DNA from: Thermoanaerobaculia bacterium
GTDB taxonomy: Bacteria; Acidobacteriota; Thermoanaerobaculia; Gp7-AA8
NCBI GenBank assembly: GCA_036375075.1
Contig: DASUSN010000211.1
Span: 8,075-72,074 of the forward strand
Length of the DNA: 64,000 nucleotides
Reading direction: 5' to 3'
In this document: positions 30,401 through 39,768 of the stretch, one piece after another
Layout of the letters: every line of letters begins with the position of its first letter
Position numbering within the stretch: position 1 is the first letter of the stretch
The notes under the pieces: model-generated
Seen by the model: the letters and a program-made list of their open reading frames with translations, nothing else
Told to the model about the DNA's origin: nothing
Databases searched by the model: none
Program-made: the position numbers and the translations under genes

Positions 30401-30805
30401 CACGTGCGCGGCCTCGACCTCGTAGCGCTTCGCGTCGAGCAGCGCCTTGGCGAAGCGATAGTCCTGGTCCGCCGCGTAGTGCCGGCCTTCCCACTCCTCG
30501 AGCGCCCGATGGGCCTCGAGATAGGCGTTGCGCTGCCGGGCCACTTCGACCTGCCCGGCGCGCATCTCTTTGTCCAGCTCCGCGAGCTGCTTGCGCCGCT
30601 CCGCGTCGTCCGCCGCGCGGAGCTGCTGCTGGATGCGCTGCTCCTGGATCCGGTTGAACTCGAGCTGGAACCACTTCCACCCGCGCACGTAGTCGTAGAA
30701 GACCATCGCGCCGGTCACGGCGAGCAGACCGAGACTGGTCAGCGCGAAGATGAGGTGCAGCTTCCTCATCGGGTAGTTGTGCGGGATCGGCTCTTGAGGC
30801 TTCAC
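27485..30805 (-). CDS. Membrane-anchored octahaem c-type cytochrome with N-terminal coiled coil
   Basis: Eight CxxCH motifs: CQTCH, CTVCH, CVKCH, CHACH, CMGCH, CYSCH, CRGCH and CQQCH. N-terminal TM 'LIFALTSLGLLAVTGAMVF'. Start is either GTG 30805 or ATG 30769. Confidence 0.85.
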   Translation of the reverse strand: MKPQEPIPHNYPMRKLHLIFALTSLGLLAVTGAMVFYDYVRGWKWFQLEFNRIQEQRIQQQLRAADDAERRKQLAELDKEMRAGQVEVARQRNAYLEAHRALEEWEGRHYAADQDYRFAKALLDAKRYEVEAAHVQHRPDEAQKQREYAELNARVNRLNLVLQQVTRDRDAARARVGTFMAAIQKIEDRRKELTADAELLNKQLRTVSLTSANTVILNAPMLDFINPTLKIDQVVLNDLFIDMNYMSVPRVDRCQTCHRAIDRPGFESKKEAERLLTELRTRLDKNLIEPSRRADAEERVAQLEATANAKTDILNPFRTHPKLDTFVGSASPHPLLEYGCTVCHRGQDRATEFGRAGHTPMSKRMELRWKKVKFPLFPGTWDYNQRNWGYAVNPFLDTPMYPRQYSEAGCVKCHAGQVDVEGGEQISKALHMVELYGCHACHKIDNWRFTNLQKPGPALDGIAEKTTYDWTYRWIANPSRFRPTTRMPSFFYQRNMVGPAVPAAERAHNVKLQDAEIHSIVTFLFAKSTRRQWPAPTAAGDAARGKELVEGIGCMGCHIAQDKVQDDKGVVRVARRDDFPLERHFGFNLTGVGTKTNANWVFNWVKNPKAYDPNAPMPSLRLSDQEAADITAYLLSLQKPQFMNDPMRPPDRGAVRELAKAYLINTMTDRDAEAKLNGMPLQAQLEYLGQRSIEKYGCYSCHDISGFEGLKPIGTELTTEGSKNLHLFDFGFFGDSTHTHDYHHVDGTKEHVLHTVPSWIYNKVRSPRVYDDRRTKPYNDKLKMPNFNLSPDEARLVTSVVLGLTKEKVAANRMAARDPRHRQAEEGRKLISQNNCRGCHVVNRRGRAIASLIDDPNFLPPDLTPQGERVQSPWLFNFLKDPTVMKVRPWMRVRMPTFQFTDQQAATLVSGFAAEGDEAQFDTAQYRTPSAQNIAIGREVFQMLRCQQCHALAPVDPANPPVPNVADTQSLAPNLTLSKIRLRHDWVADWIRRPDEMIPGTRMPTNFPRDPQTGGFQSPLALAMDSPQFAAQKAALLPYFENEAALKKTMGDAVALTNYMRDYIWSIGIDRMRAAGAGEPAPVQRVPQQTPPVTPPATPTLETRLR

Positions 30806-30810
30806 GGTGT

Positions 30811-30925
30811 CAGCTCTTAGGTGTTAGCTCTTAGCTCTTAGGAAATCCGGATTTCGTTCATGTCTCAGCGCCCTCGCCTGTCGCCCGTAGCTCCTGAGAG
30901 CTAAGAGCTAACAGCTAAGAGCTAA
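30811..30925. repeat. Hairpin with tandem-repeat arms, unit AGCTCTT (7 nt), about 50-nt loop
   Basis: CAGCTCTTAGGTGTTAGCTCTTAGCTCTTAGG ... CCTGAGAGCTAAGAGCTAACAGCTAAGAGCTAA. The right arm contains the stop codon of the upstream gene. Confidence 0.85.
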
Positions 30926-32145
30926 ATATTCAGGAAAATCTCCTGGATGTTGACCAGGTACTTCAGATTGAACAGCCACCGCAGGACCATCTTGATCGGC
31001 AGCGACAGCATCGTCAGGAACAGGTAGGCGCCGACGTAATAGCGGGCGGCGCCCATCTTCAGATAGAAGCGGCGGAACGGGCCGAACGCCAGCGCGGGCG
31101 CGAGGCCGAGGTAGAGCAGGGTCAGGAGGATGCCCGGCGCCTCGCGGATCAGCCACAGCTTGGGCAGCGGCATGGACAGCATCTTCACCCAGAAGAGCTC
31201 CGAGAGGTTGATGTTCACCAGCGGCTCGAGCTTGTTCGGGTCCCAGTATTCATAAGGACCGTAGAAGCTCCAGTTCGGGCCGCGCAGGAACGTTCCGGTG
31301 ATGATCAGGAACGACCAGAGCACGAGGAAGCCGTACAGGAAGACGCCGATCTCCCACTTGCGCTCGCGGAACGAGTAGTAGCCGTTGCCCTTCGGATTCG
31401 TGTCGATGTAGGGAATGGCCATCAGGCCGACGATGATCAGCGTCGGCAGGACCACGCCCGCAAGCCAGGGGTCGAAGTAGACGAGCATCTCCTGGAGGCC
31501 GAGGAAGTACCACGGCGCTTTGGCGGGGTTCGGAGAGGACGTCGGATTGGCCGCTTCTTCGAGCGGCGCGCGCAGGCCGATGGACCAAACGATCATCACG
31601 ATCGTCAGGACGATCATGCACAGCATCTCGGTGTAGACGAGGTCGGGCCAGGTGAAGAGCTTCTCGTCGGACTCGGTCTTCTCGTACGGAATCCCGCCCG
31701 CGGCGATGGCCTGGTCGTTGTAGTAGGCCTTGCGCAGCGCCACCCAGGTGAAGATGCCGAGCAGGAAGATCATCGCGGCGATGGGGACGTTGTCCGGCTT
31801 CGCGGCGATGAGGTAGAAGTTCGGGTCGAGGAGCGAGAGGCCGAAGGCGATGGCGCCGACGATCAGCATCCACTTGCCGACCTTCCCGTCCCACAGACGC
31901 CCGCCCAGCTTCGCCAGCGCCCACATGACCAGGAAGTAGGCGACGGCCAGATACAGAAGCGGCCGGACGAAGAGTCCGGCCACCGCGCAGATCGCGCCGA
32001 AGACGATGAATCCGATCCCGGTCTTCGACTTCCACCTCCCGTCCATGAGGTTGAAGTAGAGGATCATGAAGAAGACCGCGGACAGGAAAATGAACGAGAT
32101 CGACGCGATGGAAAGGACGTTGACGAAGTTTTTGATGAACGTCAT
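30922..32145 (-). CDS. Cytochrome b C-terminal / subunit IV-like membrane protein (extended)
   Basis: 'PNPAKAPWYFLGLQE' (PEWY-type motif) and more than 8 TM helices. Lies 15 nt after the cytochrome b N-terminal gene. Confidence 0.8.
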   Translation of the reverse strand: MTFIKNFVNVLSIASISFIFLSAVFFMILYFNLMDGRWKSKTGIGFIVFGAICAVAGLFVRPLLYLAVAYFLVMWALAKLGGRLWDGKVGKWMLIVGAIAFGLSLLDPNFYLIAAKPDNVPIAAMIFLLGIFTWVALRKAYYNDQAIAAGGIPYEKTESDEKLFTWPDLVYTEMLCMIVLTIVMIVWSIGLRAPLEEAANPTSSPNPAKAPWYFLGLQEMLVYFDPWLAGVVLPTLIIVGLMAIPYIDTNPKGNGYYSFRERKWEIGVFLYGFLVLWSFLIITGTFLRGPNWSFYGPYEYWDPNKLEPLVNINLSELFWVKMLSMPLPKLWLIREAPGILLTLLYLGLAPALAFGPFRRFYLKMGAARYYVGAYLFLTMLSLPIKMVLRWLFNLKYLVNIQEIFLNI

Positions 32146-32160
32146 CGCGCTCTCTCGGTC

Positions 32161-32943
32161 CTAGAGTGGACCGGAGATCCCTCCATCCTTGCGAACGCGC
32201 CAGAAGTGAATGGCCATGAGGAAGCCGGCCGCCAGCGGGATGACCATGCAGTGCAGCACGTAGAACCGCAGCAGCGTGGCCGCGCCGATGGACCGGCCGG
32301 CGATGAGCGCGAAGCGCGCGTCGTCGCCGGCGTGGATCAGCGGCACGTCTCCCAGTTTCATGAGACTGGACATCGGCCCCTCGGTACCCGCACCGGGGGA
32401 CGCGCGAGCCATGTTGGATCCGACCGTGATGGCCCAGATGGCCAGCTGGTCCCACGGGAGCAGGTATCCCGTGAAGGAGAGGAGCAGGGTCAGGACGAGC
32501 AGGATGACGCCGACGTTCCAGTTGAACTCGCGGGGCGGCTTGTACGAGCCGGTCATGAAGACCCGGAACATGTGCAGCCAGACCGCGATGACCATGGCGT
32601 GCGCACCCCAGCGGTGCATCTCGCGCATGATCCCGAACGGGGCCTGCTCGCGGAGGTCCATGATGTCCGTGAAGGCGTATTCGATGGTCGGCCGGTAGTA
32701 GAACATCAGCAGCAGGCCGGTCACCGTCTCGACGAGGAAGAGGAAGAACGACGTCCCGCCCATGCACCAGGTGTACGACATGCGCACGCCCGAGCGGCGA
32801 ACCTTGACGGGATGAAGATGCAGGATGAGAGAGCCGAGAACGGCCAGGACCCGTTTGCGATTCGTATTGGGGATGCCGACCCGGAAGATCGACTTCCAGA
32901 CCTGCGAGTTGACGATGCCTTCCTGGACTTGCTTCAGGGTCAT
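32161..32943 (-). CDS. Cytochrome b (b6-like N-terminal haem-binding subunit)
   Basis: 'LILHLHPV', 'REMHRWGAHAMV' and 'FYVLHCMVIP' provide the bis-His ligand helices. AGGGAGA SD. Confidence 0.9.
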   Translation of the reverse strand: MTLKQVQEGIVNSQVWKSIFRVGIPNTNRKRVLAVLGSLILHLHPVKVRRSGVRMSYTWCMGGTSFFLFLVETVTGLLLMFYYRPTIEYAFTDIMDLREQAPFGIMREMHRWGAHAMVIAVWLHMFRVFMTGSYKPPREFNWNVGVILLVLTLLLSFTGYLLPWDQLAIWAITVGSNMARASPGAGTEGPMSSLMKLGDVPLIHAGDDARFALIAGRSIGAATLLRFYVLHCMVIPLAAGFLMAIHFWRVRKDGGISGPL

Positions 32944-32968
32944 CGATCTCCCTTTACACGCTTGAGCT

Positions 32969-33541
32969 CTACAACTTCAGGAACGAATCGGGGTTGGTCC
33001 AGTCTCCACGCTCGCCGAAGAACTTCACGGACTTGTCGATCAGGATCTGCCCGTCGGCCGGGTCGATGGCGATCTTGGCGCGCTCGAGGGGACGCGGCGC
33101 CGGCCCCTCGAAGTTGATGCCCGTCTTGTAATAGCCGCTGCCGTGGCACGGACACTTGAATTTGTTCTGCGAAGGCAGCCAGTTCGGCGTGCACCCCAGA
33201 TGCGTGCACGTGGTATCGAGCGCGTACATGGTGTCCTCGGTGCGCACGATCCAGATGCCGAACTTCTCCTTCCACCGCTCGTCCACCTCCCCCACCGAAT
33301 AGTCGCTGGGGAAGCCGGCCTTGAACTTCTGGACGGGCTCGAACAGGACGTTCGGGAAGAGATAGCGGACGAAAACGGCGGTGAGACCGCCGACGGCGGC
33401 GGACAGGGCGAGCCAGGCGGTGGTCAGAGCGACCGGAAAGCTGCGCCGGGTAATCTCCCCCTGCTCGCGAATCTCTGCCGCGGCACTGCCCGCGAGGGGC
33501 GTCTTGGGGGCCACCTGATATGGCGTGATTTGCTCAGACAT
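32969..33541 (-). CDS. Rieske 2Fe-2S subunit
   Basis: 'CTHLGCTP' and 'CPCHGSGY'. Start placed at ATG 33541 (MSEQITPY); the ORF-track start at 33625 is a GTG. Confidence 0.85.
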   Translation of the reverse strand: MSEQITPYQVAPKTPLAGSAAAEIREQGEITRRSFPVALTTAWLALSAAVGGLTAVFVRYLFPNVLFEPVQKFKAGFPSDYSVGEVDERWKEKFGIWIVRTEDTMYALDTTCTHLGCTPNWLPSQNKFKCPCHGSGYYKTGINFEGPAPRPLERAKIAIDPADGQILIDKSVKFFGERGDWTNPDSFLKL

Positions 33542-33649
33542 TGACGATTTTTCTGAGACTCTGCGGTGCGCGCTACTATCGGTGAAAAAGGAAAGCGAGT
33601 CAAGCGAATCGGTGATGGGCGACACGCGGCGCCGTGATGCGGCTAACCC

Positions 33650-33718
33650 TTGAGCGATGAACGATGAACGATGACCGATGAACCACCCTCGCTCATCGCT
33701 GAAGGTTCATCGTGCATC
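33650..33718. repeat. Imperfect hairpin with tandem-repeat arm, unit GATGAAC (7 nt)
   Basis: GAGCGATGAACGATGAACGATGACCGATGAACC ... GGTTCATCGTGCATC. Overlaps the stop codon of the HEAT-protein gene. Confidence 0.6.
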
Positions 33719-34618
33719 CTTCGAGAGAGCATCCTTGGCCGCCGACCGCACCTGCAGCGAGGGGTCCCCTTGCGCGAGCGCTCCGAGGATGCCCGCCGCC
33801 TCCTCGGGCGCGACCTTTTTCAGCGCCGGGATCGCCGCGAGGATGGTCTGCTCTTTCTGCTCGGGCCGCATGCCTTCGACCCGATCCAGCCGGGACCGGT
33901 CGAGCATCTCCCGGAGCACGCCGACGGCGCGCGTGTCCCCCAGCCGGGCCAGGGCGATGGCGGCGTTGAAGCGCACGTCCGCGATCGGATCGGCCAGCGC
34001 GCCGGCGAGAGGCTCGACGGCGCGGCGGTCGCCGATCTCCCCCAGCGCGTACGCCGCCGCCTTCCGCACGTCCCGCTCGTCGGTCGAAAACGACTTCAGC
34101 AGCGGCGGCACGGCGGCCGGGTCGCGGAGACGCCCCAGCGCCAGCGCGGCGTAGATCCGCGCCTCCTGGGTCGGGTCGCCGAGAGCCTCGATGAGAAGCG
34201 GGGTCGCGCGGCGGTCGCCGAGATTGCCGAGGACCATGCTCAGGTACTGGCGGATGCGCGGGTCGTCGGTCTTCGCGTCGGTGTAGACCTTGGCGATGTC
34301 GTTGACCAGGTTCGGGTACTTCTTCGCCTCGCCGACGTTGATGAGCTGCGAGAGCTGATACGCCGCCTGCCAGCGCTCGCGGCGCCCGCCGGACTTCACC
34401 TCGTTCAGGTAGTCGGGGATGGTCTGCTCGTCCGAGGCGAGTTTGCCGAAGAGGAAGAAGATCCCCACCGCCACGGCGACGATGCCGAGGGGGAAGATGA
34501 CGAACTGGAAAAGGATGGTGCGGGAGGATTCCTTCGGCACGTCCAGCGACGCGCCGGCATCGCCGGATTGAGGATTGAGGATTGAGGATTGAGGATGCTG
34601 CGGGTCGGGGCTCTTCAA
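33707..34618 (-). CDS. Membrane-anchored HEAT-repeat (PBS-lyase HEAT-like) protein
   Basis: TM 'ILFQFVIFPLGIVAVAVGIFFLF'. Repeats include 'DVRKAAAYALGEIGDRRAVEPLAGAL' and 'DVRFNAAIALARLGDTRAVGVL'. The annotated N-terminus is encoded by hairpin 34565-34649, so the true start is probably further in. Confidence 0.7.
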   Translation of the reverse strand: MKSPDPQHPQSSILNPQSGDAGASLDVPKESSRTILFQFVIFPLGIVAVAVGIFFLFGKLASDEQTIPDYLNEVKSGGRRERWQAAYQLSQLINVGEAKKYPNLVNDIAKVYTDAKTDDPRIRQYLSMVLGNLGDRRATPLLIEALGDPTQEARIYAALALGRLRDPAAVPPLLKSFSTDERDVRKAAAYALGEIGDRRAVEPLAGALADPIADVRFNAAIALARLGDTRAVGVLREMLDRSRLDRVEGMRPEQKEQTILAAIPALKKVAPEEAAGILGALAQGDPSLQVRSAAKDALSKDAR

Positions 34619-34649
34619 TCCTCAATCCTCAATTCTCAATCCTCAATCC
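34565..34649. repeat. Hairpin with tandem-repeat arms, unit GGATTGA (7 nt)
   Basis: GGATTGAGGATTGAGGATTGAGGATTGAGGATG ... CTTCAATCCTCAATCCTCAATTCTCAATCCTCAATCC. Confidence 0.9.
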
Positions 34650-34654
34650 CGCCC

Positions 34655-35128
34655 TCAGCGGCCGGTACCGAGCACCACGAAGTCGGGCAGGTACGTCTTG
34701 AGCTGCGTCGGCGCTTCCGGCACGACGATCGCGTCCTTGTCGCAGACGCTCTCGCAGAGGCGGCAGGCCACGCACTTGTTCTTCTCGACGAAGGCGATCT
34801 TGTAGTGGTTGGCGAGCGTCTCATCCTCCGCGTCGATCATGCGGATGCACTCGAACGGGCAGATGTCGACGCAGAACTCGCAGCCGGTGCAGAGGTCCTT
34901 GATGACCTCGGCTTTCGGGATGTCTTTCGGCTTGATGCGCGGGATGAGCTCGCCGTGCTGGTTCTGGATCGCATCCACCGGGCAGTAGATGCCGCAGACC
35001 GAACAGTCGATGCAGCGCTCGGGGTGGATGTAGTACTGGCCCTTGGACTCCCCCCAGATGGTGTTCGTCGGACACTTGATCTCGCAGACCGAGCATCCGA
35101 TGCACTTGTCGGTGATGAAGTGGGGCAT
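34655..35128 (-). CDS. Ferredoxin with four 4Fe-4S motifs
   Basis: CIGCSVCEIKCP, CIDCSVCGIYCP, CTGCEFCVDICP and CVACRLCESVCD. Confidence 0.85.
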   Translation of the reverse strand: MPHFITDKCIGCSVCEIKCPTNTIWGESKGQYYIHPERCIDCSVCGIYCPVDAIQNQHGELIPRIKPKDIPKAEVIKDLCTGCEFCVDICPFECIRMIDAEDETLANHYKIAFVEKNKCVACRLCESVCDKDAIVVPEAPTQLKTYLPDFVVLGTGR

Positions 35129-35314
35129 GGCTGGTCAGTGTAACCGACAGGTCAAGAGTGGAAATCCCCCATTCTGCCGCGGCGCTCAGTCCATCCTGGA
35201 CGCGCGACCGCGGCGAATGAGAGCTCCGTCACAGAGTCGCATCAGCTCGTTACGGCGCTTCTTGGCTCTATGAGGGCTCCCCCGCCCGCGCTCGGTCGGG
35301 ACATCGTTCTGCCT

Positions 35315-36193
35315 TCAGCGGCGAGGAGGATTGGCCAGGATCACCACCGCGCCGCTGCGCGTGATCTTCCGCACGCGCGGGTGCCACTCCCGCCGGTCGT
35401 CGGACGCGGTGTGGGAGTACTCGAGCACGAAGACCTCTCCGCCGGCGGTGGCGACGGCGGTCGGCGACCAGGGCGACGCGGTTCTGAGCAGAGGCGCGAC
35501 CGCGCCGCGGGGCGTGATCTTCAGCAGAGCGCCGCAGCCCGCCGCGGCGACGTACACGGTGCCGTCACCCGCAACGGCGAGGCCGCGCAGGTACGGACCT
35601 TCTTCCGGCATGACGCCCGGGATCGCCGCGCATCGCGCCACGGACGGGACGTTCGCGAGCGTCGTCACCCGGCCGCGCGCGTCGATGATGCGCACGGCCC
35701 GGTCCTCGGTGTAGTACAGCGAGCCGTTCGGTCCGGGGGCCAGGCCGTTGATCCACGGCACGGCCGCACTCCCGCGTCGTGCGGGAGGCAGCGTCGCGCG
35801 CACCGAGCGGGCGCCCGTGGGAGCGACGGCGACGATGCGGATCCGGTCGCCGGCCACGCGCTCGGGAAAGTAGAGCGTGCCACCCGCCACGGCGACGGGG
35901 AGGTCGCTGGAGAGGATGACGCCGCCGGCCGCACGCAGCTCCCCGCCCGGGATTGCCGGCCACGGCGTGCTCCGGAAACGTCCCGCGGGATCGAGCGCGA
36001 ACCAGTGAAACGCCGGACCCTCGCGGCGAACGACCTCCCCGTTCGGCTCGATGGAGAACACACCACCGCCGGTATCGACGAAGTAGACGCGGCCGTCCGG
36101 ATTGACGCCGATCGCGGAGCCGGGATGCGCCCACGCCAGTGGCGCGAGCCATAGTGCGAAGACGGCGAGCAGGTTCGTGCAGCGCGGAATCAT
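35315..36193 (-). CDS. Secreted beta-propeller-like (NHL-related) protein
   Basis: Signal peptide MIPRCTNLLAVFALWLAPLAWA. Repeats of the type 'GSLYYTEDRAVRIIDARGRVTTLA' and 'GTVYVAAAGCGALLKITPRG'. Start ATG 36193 is only 16 nt from the divergent start at 36210. Confidence 0.6.
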   Translation of the reverse strand: MIPRCTNLLAVFALWLAPLAWAHPGSAIGVNPDGRVYFVDTGGGVFSIEPNGEVVRREGPAFHWFALDPAGRFRSTPWPAIPGGELRAAGGVILSSDLPVAVAGGTLYFPERVAGDRIRIVAVAPTGARSVRATLPPARRGSAAVPWINGLAPGPNGSLYYTEDRAVRIIDARGRVTTLANVPSVARCAAIPGVMPEEGPYLRGLAVAGDGTVYVAAAGCGALLKITPRGAVAPLLRTASPWSPTAVATAGGEVFVLEYSHTASDDRREWHPRVRKITRSGAVVILANPPRR

Positions 36194-36209
36194 GGTGAGG
36201 CCCCTTGAC

Positions 36210-37832
36210 ATGGATGCTGCTCGGCGCCGAGTGTTAACAGGAAGGGCCGCCGCTACACTGGGAGCGGCCATGATCCCGTTGCTGCTCGCCATGACTCTGC
36301 TCGCCCAGCCTTACGACGTCCTGATCCGCAACGGGCGGATCGTCGACGGAAGCGGCAACGCCTGGTTCCGCGGAGACGTCGCCATCAACGGCGACACGAT
36401 CGTCGCCATCGCGCCGCGGATCGAGGGCGAGGCGAAGCGCATCATCGATGCGAACGGCAGCGTCGTCGCGCCGGGCTTCATCGACCTGCACACACACGCG
36501 CGGCGCGGCATCTTCCAGGTCCCGACGGCCGACAACTACATCCTCCAGGGCGTGACCACGATTTTCGAAGGCCCGGACGGAGACTCGCCGCTGCCGATCG
36601 GCGACTTCCTGACGCGCGTCGAGAAGCAAGGGGTCGCGCCGAACTTCGCCACGTTCGTCGGCCACGGCAGCGTGCGCGAGAAGGTGATGGGCAGCGTCGA
36701 CCTCGCCGCCACGCCGGCGGAGCTCGAGCAGATGCGGACCCTGGTCCGCGAGGCGATGCACGACGGCGCGTTCGGGCTGAGCACGGGCCTCTTCTACGTG
36801 CCCGGCAACTTCGCCTCGACCGAAGAAGTCATCGCGCTGGCGAAAGTGGCGGGCGAGCTCGGCGGCCATCACACCTCGCACATGCGCGACGAAGCGGCGA
36901 AAGTGACGGACAGCGTGCGGGAGACGATCCGCATCGGCGAGGAAGGGCATCTCCCGACACAAATCACGCATCACAAGATCGCCGGCATGCGGAACTGGGG
37001 GCGCAGCGCCGACACGCTGAAGCTGCTCGACGAGGCGCGCGCACGCGGAGTCGACGTCACCTCCGATCAGTATCCGTACACCGCGTCGAGGACCGGCCTG
37101 AGCGCGCTCTTTCCGCGCTGGGCGCTCGAAGGCGGCCGCCAGCGGATGCTGGAGCGGCTGCGCGATCCGGCCACGCGCACGCTCATTCGCGAGGCGGTGA
37201 TCGAGAACATCCGATACGACCGCGGCGGCGGCGACCCGAAGAACGTGCAGATCTCGGACGCGCCGCACGAGGAATCGCTGGCCGGCAAGACGCTGGCGGA
37301 CATTCTCCGCGCGCGCGGCACCGCGCCGAACGTCGAGAGCGGGGCCGACCTGGCGATGGAGCTCGTCGAGACGAGCGACGTCAGCGCGATCTTCCACATG
37401 ATGAACGAGGAGGACGTGGTGCGCATCCTCCGCCATCCGGCGACGATGATCGCGTCCGACGGCGAGGTGCCGGTCTTCGGCGAGGACGCGCCACACCCGC
37501 GCAGCTACGGCACGTTCGCCCGCGTCCTCGGCGTGTACGTGCGCGAAAAGAAAGTGCTCTCGCTCGAGGAGGCGGTGCGGAAGATGTCGTCGTTTCCGGC
37601 CGCGCGAGCCGGCATCTACGACCGCGGCCTGCTGCGGCCCGGGATGAAGGCGGACGTGGTGGTGCTCGACCCGGATCGCATCGCCGACAAGGCCACGTTC
37701 ACGCAGCCGCACGCGTACGCCGTGGGCGTCTCGCACGTGCTCGTGAACGGCGTACCCGTCGTCGACGGCGGCAAGGTGACGAAGGCCACGCCGGGCAAAG
37801 TGCTGCGGATGCGGTCCGCGTCTGCGCCGTGA
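36210..37832 (+). CDS. N-acyl-D-amino-acid deacylase (D-aminoacylase) family amidohydrolase
   Basis: Tat-like 'MDAARRRVLTGRAAATLGA'. 'DVLIRNGRIVDGSG' and 'GFIDLHTHAR'. An alternative start at ATG 36270 is possible. Confidence 0.85.
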   Translation: MDAARRRVLTGRAAATLGAAMIPLLLAMTLLAQPYDVLIRNGRIVDGSGNAWFRGDVAINGDTIVAIAPRIEGEAKRIIDANGSVVAPGFIDLHTHARRGIFQVPTADNYILQGVTTIFEGPDGDSPLPIGDFLTRVEKQGVAPNFATFVGHGSVREKVMGSVDLAATPAELEQMRTLVREAMHDGAFGLSTGLFYVPGNFASTEEVIALAKVAGELGGHHTSHMRDEAAKVTDSVRETIRIGEEGHLPTQITHHKIAGMRNWGRSADTLKLLDEARARGVDVTSDQYPYTASRTGLSALFPRWALEGGRQRMLERLRDPATRTLIREAVIENIRYDRGGGDPKNVQISDAPHEESLAGKTLADILRARGTAPNVESGADLAMELVETSDVSAIFHMMNEEDVVRILRHPATMIASDGEVPVFGEDAPHPRSYGTFARVLGVYVREKKVLSLEEAVRKMSSFPAARAGIYDRGLLRPGMKADVVVLDPDRIADKATFTQPHAYAVGVSHVLVNGVPVVDGGKVTKATPGKVLRMRSASAP

Positions 37833-37844
37833 CCGGCAGCTCCC

Positions 37845-38582
37845 CTATCGCGCCAGCAGCGGATACGGATTCACATACGTCCCCTTCCACCAGCGCCGGT
37901 CCTTGTCGAGACGGATCAACGCGAAGTGGAGATGCGGCGTGTTGCCCGCGTTGCCGGTGGTGCCGACGTAGCCGAGGACTTCGCCGCGGCGCAGGAGCTG
38001 TCCTTCGTGCAGACCGGGCGCGTAGCGGTCGAGGTGCGCGTAGTAGTAACAGAAGCGCTGGTCGGGATCGAACTGATACACGGTCAGTCCGCCCGGCTTG
38101 CTGGTGAAGAGCTTCTTCACCTCGCCGTCATCGGTGGCGATGACCGGCGTGCCGGTCGGCGCGAGGATGTCGATCGCCTCGTGGCGGCGATTGCCTCGCG
38201 CTTCGTTGAACATGTCGCGGATGGCGCTGCGGCCGACTCCCGCCACCGGGATGATCATCGCGCGCGGCGCATCGGCGGAGCGCATCGACGGCGGCTCGTT
38301 CACAACGGGTGGCGGGGGCGCCGTCTCCGTGGAGATCGGCGCGATGACCTCGGCCGGCACCGGAACTTCGAGCGCCACCTCGGCCGGCGGCGCGTCCAGC
38401 GGCTCGCCGGAGAGGTCCGGAGCTCCCGCGGACGTCGATGCCGCGGGTGCGGCTCTCGGCGCTCCCATGGCGCGCGGCACGTCCCTGCGGACGGGAACAT
38501 CCGCCGCCTCGTCGGGTGCCGCCGCGGTCCACGCAAGCACTCCGATGAACGCGACGCCGAGAAGTGCGAAGAGCTTTTTCAC
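37845..38582 (-). CDS. M23 (LytM) family metallopeptidase
   Basis: 'HEAIDILAPTGTPV' and 'GNAGNTPHLHFAL'. Signal-like N-terminus. GTG start. Confidence 0.85.
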   Translation of the reverse strand: MKKLFALLGVAFIGVLAWTAAAPDEAADVPVRRDVPRAMGAPRAAPAASTSAGAPDLSGEPLDAPPAEVALEVPVPAEVIAPISTETAPPPPVVNEPPSMRSADAPRAMIIPVAGVGRSAIRDMFNEARGNRRHEAIDILAPTGTPVIATDDGEVKKLFTSKPGGLTVYQFDPDQRFCYYYAHLDRYAPGLHEGQLLRRGEVLGYVGTTGNAGNTPHLHFALIRLDKDRRWWKGTYVNPYPLLAR

Positions 38583-38630
38583 GACGGCCTCACTCTACCT
38601 CCCCGCGGATCGATCCGGATACGGACGATA

Positions 38631-39752
38631 ATGCCGAGCCAGTTCGTCATGAGAACGAGCCGTCTGAAAAAAGTCCTCGTGATTCTCGCCGCGATCGGCG
38701 CGGTCCTCGCCGTCGCCACCTGGCTGACGTTTCAGATGCCGGCCTTCGGCGGAAAGTTCGAAGGGAAGCGGCTCGAGCGCATGCAGCGCTCGCCGCAGTT
38801 CAGGAACGGACGGTTCGAGAACACGCCGCCGCAGGAGACCGACTCCTCGCTCGTCAAGACGTACAGGCTCTATTCGCAGGGGCAGGTGCGCGAGCCGCGG
38901 TTCGCCATTCCGGTGGTCGATCTCGAAGGCGGCCTGTTGCGGACGCGGCCGGCTCCGGGCCTGCGGGCGATCTGGTTCGGGCACGCGAGCGTGCTCGTCG
39001 AGATCGACGGCGTCCGCGTCATGACCGACCCCGTGCTGTCCGACGTCGTCTCGCCGGTCCCCATCGGTCCGGAGCGCATGCACCGTCCGCCGGTCGCGCT
39101 GCAGCAGCTCTCCGGCATCGACGCGGTGGTGATCTCGCACGACCACTACGACCATCTCGACATGAAGACGGTGCAGCGTCTCGCGTCCCAGGGAACGCAC
39201 TTCTTCGTGCCCCTCGGCATCGGCGCGCATCTCGAGCGCTGGAGCGTGCCCGCGGCGCAGCTCCATGAGATGGACTGGTGGGAGTCCCTCCCCTTCCGCG
39301 GGATCCGCATTCACTGCACGCCGGCGCGTCACTACTCGGGACGCAAGCGCATGGACAACTCGACGCTGTGGTCGTCGTGGGCCATCCGCGGGCCGCAGCA
39401 TTCGTTCTATTACAGCGGCGACACGGGATACGCCGGCCACTTCACCGAGATCCGCAAACGCCTCGGCGACACGGACCTGACCGCGATCAAGGTCGGCGCG
39501 TACGGCGAGACGTGGACCGACATCCACATGAATCCCGAGCCCGCCGTGCAGGCCCACGCGGACCTCGGCGGCAAGACCATGCTGCCCGTGCACTGGGCGA
39601 CGTTCAATCTCTCCTACCACGGCTGGGAAGAGCCGATCGTGCGTACGCTGCAGGCGGCAAGGGCGAAGAACGTCCACGTCATCACGCCGCGGATCGGCGA
39701 GACGTTCACGTTCGGCCAGCCGTTCGAGAACGTGGCCTGGTACAGGCGCTGA
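38631..39752 (+). CDS. MBL-fold metallo-hydrolase (NAPE-PLD-like), N-terminal TM
   Basis: 'VISHDHYDHLD' HxHxDH motif. TM 'VLVILAAIGAVLAVATWL'. Confidence 0.8.
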   Translation: MPSQFVMRTSRLKKVLVILAAIGAVLAVATWLTFQMPAFGGKFEGKRLERMQRSPQFRNGRFENTPPQETDSSLVKTYRLYSQGQVREPRFAIPVVDLEGGLLRTRPAPGLRAIWFGHASVLVEIDGVRVMTDPVLSDVVSPVPIGPERMHRPPVALQQLSGIDAVVISHDHYDHLDMKTVQRLASQGTHFFVPLGIGAHLERWSVPAAQLHEMDWWESLPFRGIRIHCTPARHYSGRKRMDNSTLWSSWAIRGPQHSFYYSGDTGYAGHFTEIRKRLGDTDLTAIKVGAYGETWTDIHMNPEPAVQAHADLGGKTMLPVHWATFNLSYHGWEEPIVRTLQAARAKNVHVITPRIGETFTFGQPFENVAWYRR

Positions 39753-39768
39753 GGTTTGGGGCTGTACC

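Noticed and set aside
25457-30820. 1787-aa plus-strand ORF, the longest in the track
   Set aside because: It lies antisense to ctaD, the cupredoxin gene and the octahaem cytochrome gene, all of which carry unmistakable family motifs. Its translation is an Arg/Asp/Glu/Gly/His-rich shadow typical of antisense frames in high-G+C DNA, and it runs straight through two intergenic hairpins.
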